This document shows positions 1-7,046 of a stretch of 20,000 bases of DNA, one piece after another (position 1 is the stretch's first letter; each line of letters opens with the position of its first letter). Both the position numbers and the translations under genes were made by a program. The notes beneath the pieces were generated by a model that saw nothing but the letters and a program-made list of their open reading frames with translations, had not been told where the DNA came from and made no database searches. This stretch comes from an uncultured virus (IMG/VR IMGVR_UViG_2791355164_000002) (Duplodnaviria; Heunggongvirae; Uroviricota; Caudoviricetes). Where the stretch lies: IMG/VR virus record IMGVR_UViG_2791355164_000002, one strand, 5' to 3'.

Positions 1-1
1 T

Positions 2-1957
2 TTTAAGAAGTCTTTCATCACGGGAAGCATTCTGTCGGCACTCTCGATGCCGGTGTTCGCGCAACATTTTTCCTCGATGACCGTATTTGGTGACAGTCTG
101 AGTGATAGCGGTAACGTGGGGCGCTTTACTGTGGATGGCGATAAAAATGCCCTTTATGATGATCATCTGGCATCTCATTATGGCTTAACGCTTAAGCCTT
201 CTTCACAAGGCGGAAATAACTTTGCCCAGGCAAACGCGGATGCGTTACCGGGACTGAACCCCGAGAACGTCAATACTCAGGATCAGGTCGCTAACTACCT
301 CGCATCCACGGGCGGCAAAGCGGATCCGCATGGCGTTTATATCCACTGGATAGGCTCTAACGATGTCGCCAATGCCCCTGAAAATCCCGCCACTGCTACG
401 CAGACCATCACCAACAGCGCGAACGCCGCCGTGAGTCAGGTTAAAGAACTTCTCGATGCCGGTGCGGGAACAGTCATTGTCCCGAATGTTCCCCATCTGG
501 GCAATACGCCCTTTGTGGCGGAAACGGTCGCCTCGTCGCTCGGTCCTCAGGCGGTTGCAGCCGTTTATCAGGCGCTGAACAGTGTGAAGACACCCGACCT
601 TGCGTCGCGCGAAGCCGCCGTTCATGCGGCGTTTGTGAAGTTGGCTAGCGCTTCATCCTCTGATCCCACTCAGCAGCAAACAATCGCGGATAAGCTGTTT
701 TCCAGCTGGAAGGCGCTTGATGGTGAGGTGAACCAGCTGGCGGATTCTTACAATCAGCAGGAAGATGCGGGTCTCTCTCAACTTCACGGGAACATCGTGC
801 GGGCGGATATGGCCGGTTTGTTCGATGACATCATTGCCGATCCGGCGAAATTCGGTCTGACGAATACGGTCGGGACTGCTTGTCCGACCGGAACCGCTGC
901 CAACGAATGCCATTCTGATCAGCCAGGCTTCAACAAAGATGAAAACTATCTGTTTGCGGACCGCTTTCATCCCACGCCTGCTGTTCACGCCATCATCGCG
1001 GATTATATTCAGTCTATCCTGAACGCCCCTCAACAGGTCGGCGCGCTCTCTGTTGCCCCTCAGGCGTTGATAGGAGACACCCAGAGTTCACTGGACGGGA
1101 ACCTTCAGCAGCTGCGCGAGAACGGTCCTAAAGGTGATTTCACCTCATTCTTTGGCTATGCCGGTCAGCATATCAACGACACCGACGATAATTCGAGTAA
1201 TGGCAATGCCAATACCTCGAACTTCACGTTCGGCTTTGGTTATAACGTCCTTCCAAACTGGCAAGTCGGTTTGCTTTATGCCACCAGCGACAACCGGGAA
1301 CATCCGACAGGTGATTTTAATTATAAGCTTCGCGGTAATATGTTCGGGGTTTATAGCCAACTTCGTCTGTTTAACCGGGGCTGGATCAGTGGCGATTTGC
1401 ATTATGCCGATCTGGACTTTGACAGCATTCACCGTTCCTTCAATCTGGGTTCCTATCGGAAGACGGAAGACGGCAGCGCGAGCGGCAAGGATTTAGGGTT
1501 TCGCGTTCTTACTGGCTGGGATTTCCCGATTACAGACACTGTTTCAACGAGTCCCGTTCTCGGTTATTCACTGGATTATGTTCATGTTGGCGGGTACAGC
1601 GAAGAAGGTAACAGTGAATCGGCGATGCGTTTCGGTGCGCAGGATGCACATACCCAGACCGGATCCATTGGCTGGCGCATCGACACCAAAAACTTACCGG
1701 TGAACCCGTTTGCACAGGTGAAGTATAACCATGCATGGGGCGACACGAATTCAGACGTCCGCGCCGGGATCAAATCCACCCAAACCGCTTTTGAAACGTC
1801 GGTCTCTGAGCGAGATAAAAACTGGGTTGATTTCACCGTGGGTGCGAACATGCCGCTCGGTCAGGTCATTAACGCTTATGCCGCTGTCTCGACCACGGCC
1901 AGCAACAGCAAAGCCGATAACATTGGCTGGAATGTTGGCCTGAGCGCCACTTTTTAA
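2..1957 (+). CDS. GDSL/SGNH esterase autotransporter (EstA/ApeE family), 5'-truncated by the window
   Basis: Block I FGDSLSDSG, block III WIGSND, block V DRFHP. The C-terminal ~290 aa look like an amphipathic beta-barrel ending in Phe. The frame is open from base 2 (FKKSFITGSILSALSMPVFA/Q), which reads as a signal peptide, so the true start is upstream of the ATG at 47. Confidence 0.93.
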   Translation, partial: FKKSFITGSILSALSMPVFAQHFSSMTVFGDSLSDSGNVGRFTVDGDKNALYDDHLASHYGLTLKPSSQGGNNFAQANADALPGLNPENVNTQDQVANYLASTGGKADPHGVYIHWIGSNDVANAPENPATATQTITNSANAAVSQVKELLDAGAGTVIVPNVPHLGNTPFVAETVASSLGPQAVAAVYQALNSVKTPDLASREAAVHAAFVKLASASSSDPTQQQTIADKLFSSWKALDGEVNQLADSYNQQEDAGLSQLHGNIVRADMAGLFDDIIADPAKFGLTNTVGTACPTGTAANECHSDQPGFNKDENYLFADRFHPTPAVHAIIADYIQSILNAPQQVGALSVAPQALIGDTQSSLDGNLQQLRENGPKGDFTSFFGYAGQHINDTDDNSSNGNANTSNFTFGFGYNVLPNWQVGLLYATSDNREHPTGDFNYKLRGNMFGVYSQLRLFNRGWISGDLHYADLDFDSIHRSFNLGSYRKTEDGSASGKDLGFRVLTGWDFPITDTVSTSPVLGYSLDYVHVGGYSEEGNSESAMRFGAQDAHTQTGSIGWRIDTKNLPVNPFAQVKYNHAWGDTNSDVRAGIKSTQTAFETSVSERDKNWVDFTVGANMPLGQVINAYAAVSTTASNSKADNIGWNVGLSATF

Positions 1958-1966
1958 GGGGGTCTT

Positions 1967-2425
1967 ATGATGGAATTTGAATGGATTATTTCACCCGCCG
2001 GAGACATTCATTATGATGTGGCGCTCAGCTATATTCAGAATCCGCTCCTGCGAAAAGCGCTGAAAGATCGGGAAAACCATTTCAAAAATCAACTTTGCTT
2101 TGCCTTAATTTATCTTTCACTCTATTACGAGAACTATTTCTATTATCACTATTATGATGAGTTTGTTCGGGTCCAGTCTCTGGGAGACATAACGGGCTGG
2201 CAGAAAAAAGAGATCCCACCTAAATCCGTTTCTCAGGCGCGAATGAATTTCTACGGACCAGCCTTTCATCAGGAAATTCTCGTTTATCTTGATTCGAACG
2301 AGCGGGGCTTTCTGAATGCCCTTGACAGATCGGTGATTGAGTATGTCGCCGCTAAAGATCTGGTCACGTTCAAACACATCGATTTGCCCGAACATTCTCC
2401 AATACTGACCGAAATTTATGGTTAA
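1967..2425 (+). CDS. Hypothetical protein, 152 aa, with a Tyr-rich segment
   Basis: Starts 9 bp after the esterase stop with a G-rich RBS (GGGGGT) and is followed immediately by a terminator. No family recognised. Confidence 0.7.
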   Translation: MMEFEWIISPAGDIHYDVALSYIQNPLLRKALKDRENHFKNQLCFALIYLSLYYENYFYYHYYDEFVRVQSLGDITGWQKKEIPPKSVSQARMNFYGPAFHQEILVYLDSNERGFLNALDRSVIEYVAAKDLVTFKHIDLPEHSPILTEIYG

Positions 2426-2429
2426 GCCG

Positions 2430-2453
2430 AACCCCGCGAAAGCGGGGTTTTTT
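2430..2453 (+). terminator. Intrinsic terminator
   Basis: AACCCCGC-GAAA-GCGGGGTT plus a T run, directly after the 152-aa ORF. Confidence 0.85.
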
Positions 2454-2465
2454 ATGGGCGGTATC

Positions 2466-3179
2466 ATGAACCAGCAAATTAAAAACGCCATATTTGAGCA
2501 CGCAAAACTAGATTACCCGTCAGAATGTTGCGGCGTCATGGTCCAGAATAGCGAGCAGGAGTTTTATTTTCCCTGCCAGAACCTTTCCGCCAGCCCGACT
2601 GATCAGTTCATTCTCAATCCCAAAGACTTCGCCGCCGCTGAGGATTTAGGCGTCATTTCTGCGATTGTGCATAGCCATCCAGACGCCACCACGCAACCGA
2701 GTCAGCTCGATCGGGCGATGTGTGATGATTCCTGTGTACCGTGGGTCATCGTGAGCTGGCCTGAAGGGGATTTGAAATGGATTTATCCTCGGGGTGAATT
2801 ACCGCTTATCGAACGTCCGTTTGTGCTCGGTCACACGGATTGCTGGGGGCTGGTGATGAGCTACTTTCGGCAGGTTCACGGCATCGAACTTCACGATTAC
2901 CGCGTTAATTTTCCGTGGTGGGAAGATGGCCACCCTGAAAACCTTTATCGGGATAACTGGTTTGATTGCGGATTTCGGGAATTTGTCGGCAAACCTCAAC
3001 CTGGCGACCTCATTATGATGCAGATCCAAAGTAAGAAGTGGAACCACGCGGGCATCTATCTCGAAGGGAACATGATGCTTCATCATCTTTATGGCCGTCC
3101 CAGCAATCGAACCCCTTACGGCGGGTACTGGCGGGAAAGGACGATCAAGATTGTCAGGTATCACACACTTTTTGAGTAA
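2466..3179 (+). CDS. gpK: Phage tail tip assembly protein K (JAB/MPN + NlpC/P60)
   Basis: JAMM motif E..HSHPD...PS..D; NlpC/P60 motifs DCWGLV, NHAGIY and LHH. Start moved to the ATG at 2466 (MNQQIK) because the longer ORF runs through the terminator. Confidence 0.93.
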   Translation: MNQQIKNAIFEHAKLDYPSECCGVMVQNSEQEFYFPCQNLSASPTDQFILNPKDFAAAEDLGVISAIVHSHPDATTQPSQLDRAMCDDSCVPWVIVSWPEGDLKWIYPRGELPLIERPFVLGHTDCWGLVMSYFRQVHGIELHDYRVNFPWWEDGHPENLYRDNWFDCGFREFVGKPQPGDLIMMQIQSKKWNHAGIYLEGNMMLHHLYGRPSNRTPYGGYWRERTIKIVRYHTLFE

Positions 3180-3300
3180 AATGAAAGGTTTTATGAGGAT
3201 GTTCAGTGGAATGACTAACCGCTTTTTCGCATTAAAAGAAAAATCTGCGATGATCATGACGGTAAACTATCTGTAAACAAAAATGCTTCACAGGTTTATC

Positions 3301-3729
3301 ATGAAAAAAACAGGTCTTCTCTTACTCAGCGCGTTAATGTTAGCCGGATGCGCAACGTCGCCTGTCAGTCCTTCTCAGGCGAAACACGTTCCCGCCGATC
3401 GGATTTCCTATCATGGCAAAGGCGATGCCGCGATCACCATTACCCGCGATACTGGTTATATGATGGGCGGATGTTATGGCGTGCCTACGCTTGACGGAAT
3501 GGATATTGCGCGAATCGATACCGGCGAAACCCTTACCATCGCCGTTCCTCATGGTGATCATTTATTAGGTTTCAAAGGCGATGATCAAGGCCGTGGATTG
3601 TGTTCAGTGTCCGCTGATAGTCTTTTCAAAGAGATTTCCGTGACCTTAAAACCTCATGAAACGAAACGCTTTCGGATTTCCTCAATCGGTGATGATCCCT
3701 TAGGCATCCATCCCACGTCTATCAAGTAA
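3301..3729 (+). CDS. Phage lipoprotein (probably outer membrane)
   Basis: MKKTGLLLLSALMLAG-C lipobox. Ala at +2 suggests outer-membrane sorting. Two further Cys (GGCYG, GLCSV). Has its own terminator. Confidence 0.85.
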   Translation: MKKTGLLLLSALMLAGCATSPVSPSQAKHVPADRISYHGKGDAAITITRDTGYMMGGCYGVPTLDGMDIARIDTGETLTIAVPHGDHLLGFKGDDQGRGLCSVSADSLFKEISVTLKPHETKRFRISSIGDDPLGIHPTSIK

Positions 3730-3732
3730 CAC

Positions 3733-3755
3733 AAACCCGCTTCGGCGGGTTTTTT
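3733..3755 (+). terminator. Intrinsic terminator
   Basis: AAACCCGC-TTCG-GCGGGTTTTTT. Confidence 0.9.
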
Positions 3756-3779
3756 GATTGACGCACACGGGTTTATTTT

Positions 3780-3820
3780 TTTACTTTTGCCCCTCTTATA
3801 TGTATATTAAAGATGTACAT
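3780..3820 (+). promoter_or_regulatory. phd-doc promoter and operator
   Basis: TTTACT (3780-3785), 17 bp spacer, TATATT (3803-3808). Overlapping 8-bp boxes ATGTATAT (3800-3807) and the palindrome ATGTACAT (3813-3820), 5 bp apart, resemble the P1 Phd GTGTACAC boxes. Confidence 0.7.
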
Positions 3821-3836
3821 AACAAGAGGTCATCTT

Positions 3837-4046
3837 ATGCAAATGAGTAGCGCAGAAGCCCGTCAGAACATGGCGGAAATCATGAACGGAACTGAGGATG
3901 TCGTGTTAACCCAACGCGGAAAACCTCTGAAGGCGGTCATTTCGTTTGAAGATTATGAGGCCTTTAAACGGTTGAAAATCGAACAGGAATTGAGTTTCAT
4001 CTTTGAGCGGCATGGTGATGTGATCGAGGCACTTTCCGATCGATGA
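3837..4046 (+). CDS. phd: Phd/YefM antitoxin
   Basis: MQMSSAEARQNMAEIMN..VVLTQRGKP..VIS..YEAFKR aligns by eye with P1 Phd. RBS GAGG precedes the ATG at 3837, and there is an ATGA overlap with doc. Confidence 0.92.
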   Translation: MQMSSAEARQNMAEIMNGTEDVVLTQRGKPLKAVISFEDYEAFKRLKIEQELSFIFERHGDVIEALSDR

Positions 4047-4420
4047 AACTGATCGATGGGAAAGGGATCATAGAGGCGCACGACTATATTTTAAGGCGTT
4101 CGCCTGGCTTATCGGGCATATCTGATGCAGGTCGAGCGGAATCTGTCGCCTTTCGCATTAATAATGCGCTCTCTTATGGTGAGATCGAGCCAGATCTTTT
4201 TGTGATTGCTGGTCTATATACAGTCGCTATCGCAAGAGGACATATTTTTAATGATGGCAATAAGCGGACGGCGTTTGTTGTGGCAATGCAATTTCTCTTA
4301 TGCAATGGCATAACGCTGCGAAATGACCGCGATGTTCTTGAGAGCGCGATTGTCGAAGCTGCAACAGGTGAGGCTGACTATATGCAACTTGCCGCCATTT
4401 TCAGATCGTTACAAGTCTGA
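4043..4420 (+). CDS. doc: Doc (death-on-curing) toxin, Fic/Doc family
   Basis: Doc-type motif ARGHIFNDGNKRTA; 125 aa; coupled to phd. Confidence 0.94.
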   Translation: MKLIDGKGIIEAHDYILRRSPGLSGISDAGRAESVAFRINNALSYGEIEPDLFVIAGLYTVAIARGHIFNDGNKRTAFVVAMQFLLCNGITLRNDRDVLESAIVEAATGEADYMQLAAIFRSLQV

Positions 4421-4434
4421 TAATACGTTTCTTT

Positions 4435-4457
4435 AAACCCGCTTCGGCGGGTTTTTT
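4435..4457 (+). terminator. Intrinsic terminator, identical to 3733-3755
   Basis: AAACCCGC-TTCG-GCGGGTTTTTT. Confidence 0.9.
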
Positions 4458-4529
4458 ATTAGGGCAGGCATTGAGTCAGTCAGCGTTCATTCTTGAAGGG
4501 ATGGGTGAAATCCGTTTCATTCCTTTCCC

Positions 4530-5285
4530 TCATATAGCGAGTTGTAATGGATTTTGGACGCGATCCGCTTTCCCGGAATACCTCAATTCACCCGGACTGT
4601 TATGCGATTCGATACGCTCAACCATCAACGCCGCGCGTGTTTCTTTTGAGGCGGGCGCATAAGCGCCTTTCCAGGCCTTATCGATGCCGATGTTCCTTGC
4701 AACGTTTGTACTGTCAGCACTGGCAAGCGGCAGTTCAGTGAATATTTGCGGATTGAGCATCCGTAAACCGTGGAGCTTCGCAATCGGCTGATTATGCGTG
4801 TCGGTAACATGCCGAATGATGTCTTTCATGCGCGCCACAGCGATTTTTGGCCGTGAAACGTCATATTCTCCGCAACTGCCAATCGCGACCCGGTGATATA
4901 CCGAACACAGGCGAATAAACCGCTCTGGACTTTCGTTCATATGCCAGACCGGCACGCCGGAAAAATCGCCGTGAGGCCATTCCTCAAGCAGGGCATCATT
5001 CTCTGATTCGCCGCCGTCGATAACGTCAGGGATGATCGCAAAATCGAATCCCGGATGATTTTTCCAGCGCGCCACAAACTCATAATAATCGTCCCAGTCT
5101 GTTTTGTTCCCCCCAGCGGCTTTCCATGCCGTAAACGCGCCGTTGTCCAGTGCGAATGACTGGCAGTATTCAGACGCGAGATGAATTTGTTTGGGGTAAG
5201 CAAAAGAGATAAACGCATGACGGGCTTTCCATGCACGGATGGCGCAGGTCTCAGGCGTAATGGGACCGCCGTGATAATGAATCAT
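4530..5285 (-). CDS. TGT/DpdA-like base-exchange transglycosylase (putative)
   Basis: Ordered motifs FALDNGAF, IIPDVI, VPVWH, VAIGS, LHGLRM and SADSTN parallel the phage DpdA/TGT motifs LDSGGF, PxD, PVxQG, VGxGS, LHGFG and SADS. The CDS is well supported; the function is inferred. Confidence 0.7.
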   Translation of the reverse strand: MIHYHGGPITPETCAIRAWKARHAFISFAYPKQIHLASEYCQSFALDNGAFTAWKAAGGNKTDWDDYYEFVARWKNHPGFDFAIIPDVIDGGESENDALLEEWPHGDFSGVPVWHMNESPERFIRLCSVYHRVAIGSCGEYDVSRPKIAVARMKDIIRHVTDTHNQPIAKLHGLRMLNPQIFTELPLASADSTNVARNIGIDKAWKGAYAPASKETRAALMVERIESHNSPGELRYSGKADRVQNPLQLAI

Positions 5286-5302
5286 TTCTTCACGCTCTTC
5301 AT
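5282..5302 (-). CDS. 6-codon mini-ORF MKSVKK coupled to the DpdA-like gene
   Basis: On the minus strand GGAG lies 6 nt before the ATG at 5302. Its TGA overlaps the ATG of 4530..5285 (ATGA), which has no good RBS of its own. Confidence 0.35.
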   Translation of the reverse strand: MKSVKK

Positions 5303-5322
5303 TAAAAACTCCAGGAGAGGTT

Positions 5323-5385
5323 ATGAAGACACTAATTGAAGCACAGGTTACGTGGACATACCACGTTCACGAGGTAACAGCATGA
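5323..5385 (+). CDS. 20-aa small ORF MKTLIEAQVTWTYHVHEVTA
   Basis: Strong RBS AGGAGAGG (5313-5320). The stop TGA overlaps the ATG at 5382. Confidence 0.45.
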   Translation: MKTLIEAQVTWTYHVHEVTA

Positions 5386-5855
5386 ATCTGAACGTTCAAT
5401 TTTCAGATGAAGAGCGAAAGCTCATCATTAATATACTTGAGCATGAAGAGAAGAAGCTTGAGGTTAAGCGGTTGCCTTCGCCATATCGGCGTAAGGTTCT
5501 CAAGTTATGTGCTCAGTTGATTCGGAAGAGTCGGAAAACCCAACCGGTTTCATTCGAACAACTTCTGGGGGCAATTGTTACTGATGATGAACTCTCACGG
5601 ATCAGATTCGTTCAAACCCCGAAACTCAGCCATCACGTCTCGTTAACGGAAGATGAGAAGAGAGACGTTCAAGAAAAAATTAACAAGGCTGAAATAAATT
5701 CTCCAAAGGGTGGATTCAGCAAACATGACCGCGAGATTGTTAAAGCTAAAGCAGTCAAAATTGTTCTGAGAAAACGCAAAACCATGCAATCTAAAGAAGA
5801 AGAAAAAAAAGATTCTTCATTCAAATGGAAAAAACCGACACCTTTTCGTCGCTGA
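5382..5855 (+). CDS. Hypothetical Lys/Arg-rich protein, 157 aa
   Basis: RBS GAGGT at 5371-5375 before the ATG at 5382. Highly charged and basic; no family recognised. Confidence 0.65.
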   Translation: MNLNVQFSDEERKLIINILEHEEKKLEVKRLPSPYRRKVLKLCAQLIRKSRKTQPVSFEQLLGAIVTDDELSRIRFVQTPKLSHHVSLTEDEKRDVQEKINKAEINSPKGGFSKHDREIVKAKAVKIVLRKRKTMQSKEEEKKDSSFKWKKPTPFRR

Positions 5856-6087
5856 TTTATCAAAAAGGATCACGCATGGTGGGTTATAAATCCTTAGCTT
5901 AAGTCTCATTGAGATAAAAGCAAGCCGAAGCTGGTTAATGTTAAACGTGATTATTCAGATATTTGATAATGCTTTTGTTGATCAGGGGAAGAGGCGCATA
6001 GATTGAGCATTTTTCTGTTTCACAGAACAATAAAATACCGGCGCTGCGCTTTCGGATGTGTGTCGGGAGCGTGAGTTGTCGGCAGAC

Positions 6088-6143
6088 AGAAGAAAGCCCC
6101 AGCGAATTTTTCAACTCAACTGGGGCCGGTTTCATGCCTAGAC
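6088..6143 (-). ncRNA. sok: Sok-like antisense antitoxin RNA (ends approximate)
   Basis: Minus-strand promoter TTGCCT (6178-6173), 17 bp spacer, TAGAAT (6155-6150). Hairpin GCCCCAG/CTGGGGC (6096-6126) followed by a U-rich tail. Antisense to the mok-like start. Confidence 0.8.
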
Positions 6144-6343
6144 AACATGATTCTAGCCCCTTACCCGCCGTAAGGCAATTAAGGAGGCTCAAAATGCTAA
6201 ACAAGGCGACAGCGATAGCTGTCCTGATCTGTCTCACCATCCTCGCGAGTGTGTGGTTAGAACGAGACAGACTTTGTGATTTTCGTGTGAAAACGAAGCT
6301 CATCGAGGTCGATGCAGGTTTGAGCTACGAACTTAAACGGTAA
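6134..6343 (+). CDS. mok: Mok-like leader ORF, in frame with the Hok toxin
   Basis: ATG at 6134 (MPRQHDSSPL...) lies in the Sok target region, 60 nt upstream of and in frame with hok, the arrangement known from E. coli mokC/hokC. Confidence 0.55.
   Translation: MPRQHDSSPLPAVRQLRRLKMLNKATAIAVLICLTILASVWLERDRLCDFRVKTKLIEVDAGLSYELKR
6194..6343 (+). CDS. hok: Hok/Gef family type I toxin, 49 aa
   Basis: MLNKATAIAVLICLTILASVWLERDRLCDFRVKTKLIEVDAGLSYELKR has a TM helix, LC(D/E)xR and EVxAxLxYE. RBS AAGGAGG. Confidence 0.92.
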   Translation: MLNKATAIAVLICLTILASVWLERDRLCDFRVKTKLIEVDAGLSYELKR

Positions 6344-6401
6344 GGGGCTGATAGCGGCGGTTCGCCGCCGCTTATTTGTCTGGCTTTCCGAACAGCGCAG
6401 C

Positions 6402-6426
6402 AAACCCGCCTTGAGCGGGTTTTTTT
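6402..6426 (+). terminator. Intrinsic terminator
   Basis: AAACCCGC-CTTGA-GCGGGTTTTTTT. A further GC hairpin AGCGGCGG-TTCG-CCGCCGCT lies at about 6353-6372. Confidence 0.85.
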
Positions 6427-6437
6427 GTGGGTGAAAT

Positions 6438-7037
6438 ATGGCTGAAGTAATGACCCGAATCGAACTGGGCGGGGTGCTCGGTCGAACCTTCGGGAAAGTG
6501 CATTATCGTTCTATCACGCGAACGCAGGAAGCTGCGCGCGCGCTCGCCGCCACGATTAAAGGGTTTGAATCTTTCATGATCACCAGCAAGCGACGCGGCC
6601 TGACCTTCTCGGTTTTCAAAGACAAGACAAACATCAGCTTCGAAGAGCTGAGTTATCCCGTTACCGGCGAGACGATCAAGATAGTGCCGGTCCTCATTGG
6701 CAGTAAACGCAGCGGTCTTTTTCAGACGATCATCGGGGCGGTGCTGGTGGTGGTCGGCGTGGCCATCAGTTACTTCACGGGCGGAACAGCATCAGCCGTT
6801 GGAGCGGGGATTGCGAAGTTTGGCGGGGCGATGTTGATAGGCGGGGTGATCCAGATGCTATCCCCACAACCGCCTGGTCTCGCGCATAAGGATGATGCAG
6901 ACAATGCGCCGTCATATGCCTTTGGCCCCGCCGTGAATACCGCCGCTCAAGGTTATCCCGTGCCACTTCTTTATGGCAGGCGTCGCATCGGTGGTGCGGT
7001 TATCTCCGCCGGAGTTTATGTTGAAGACCAGCAATAA
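6438..7037 (+). CDS. gpI: Tail assembly protein I, copy 1
   Basis: IELGGVLGRTFG at the N-terminus, IVPVLIGSK, a hydrophobic hairpin, SYAFG..NT.AQGYPVPLLYG.RRIGGAVISAG. Lies between K and J. Confidence 0.93.
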   Translation: MAEVMTRIELGGVLGRTFGKVHYRSITRTQEAARALAATIKGFESFMITSKRRGLTFSVFKDKTNISFEELSYPVTGETIKIVPVLIGSKRSGLFQTIIGAVLVVVGVAISYFTGGTASAVGAGIAKFGGAMLIGGVIQMLSPQPPGLAHKDDADNAPSYAFGPAVNTAAQGYPVPLLYGRRRIGGAVISAGVYVEDQQ

Positions 7038-7046
7038 GGAACACCC

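Noticed and set aside
2418..2465. N-terminal extension of gpK in the ORF track (MVKPNPAKAGFF)
   Set aside because: It is a translation of the terminator hairpin; the ATG at 2466 fits the family start.
3262..3277. GTAAA-N6-GTAAA resembling a CpxR box before the lipoprotein
   Set aside because: The spacing differs from the usual N5 and the motif is too short to support.
4471..4741. Short + strand ORFs opposite the DpdA-like gene, and other antisense ORFs within the esterase, K and J
   Set aside because: Shadow ORFs of well-supported genes with no motifs or RBS.
5941..6303. 120-aa minus-strand ORF and the 95-aa version of hok starting at 6056
   Set aside because: They overlap the hok/sok RNA elements; the real starts are at 6134 and 6194.
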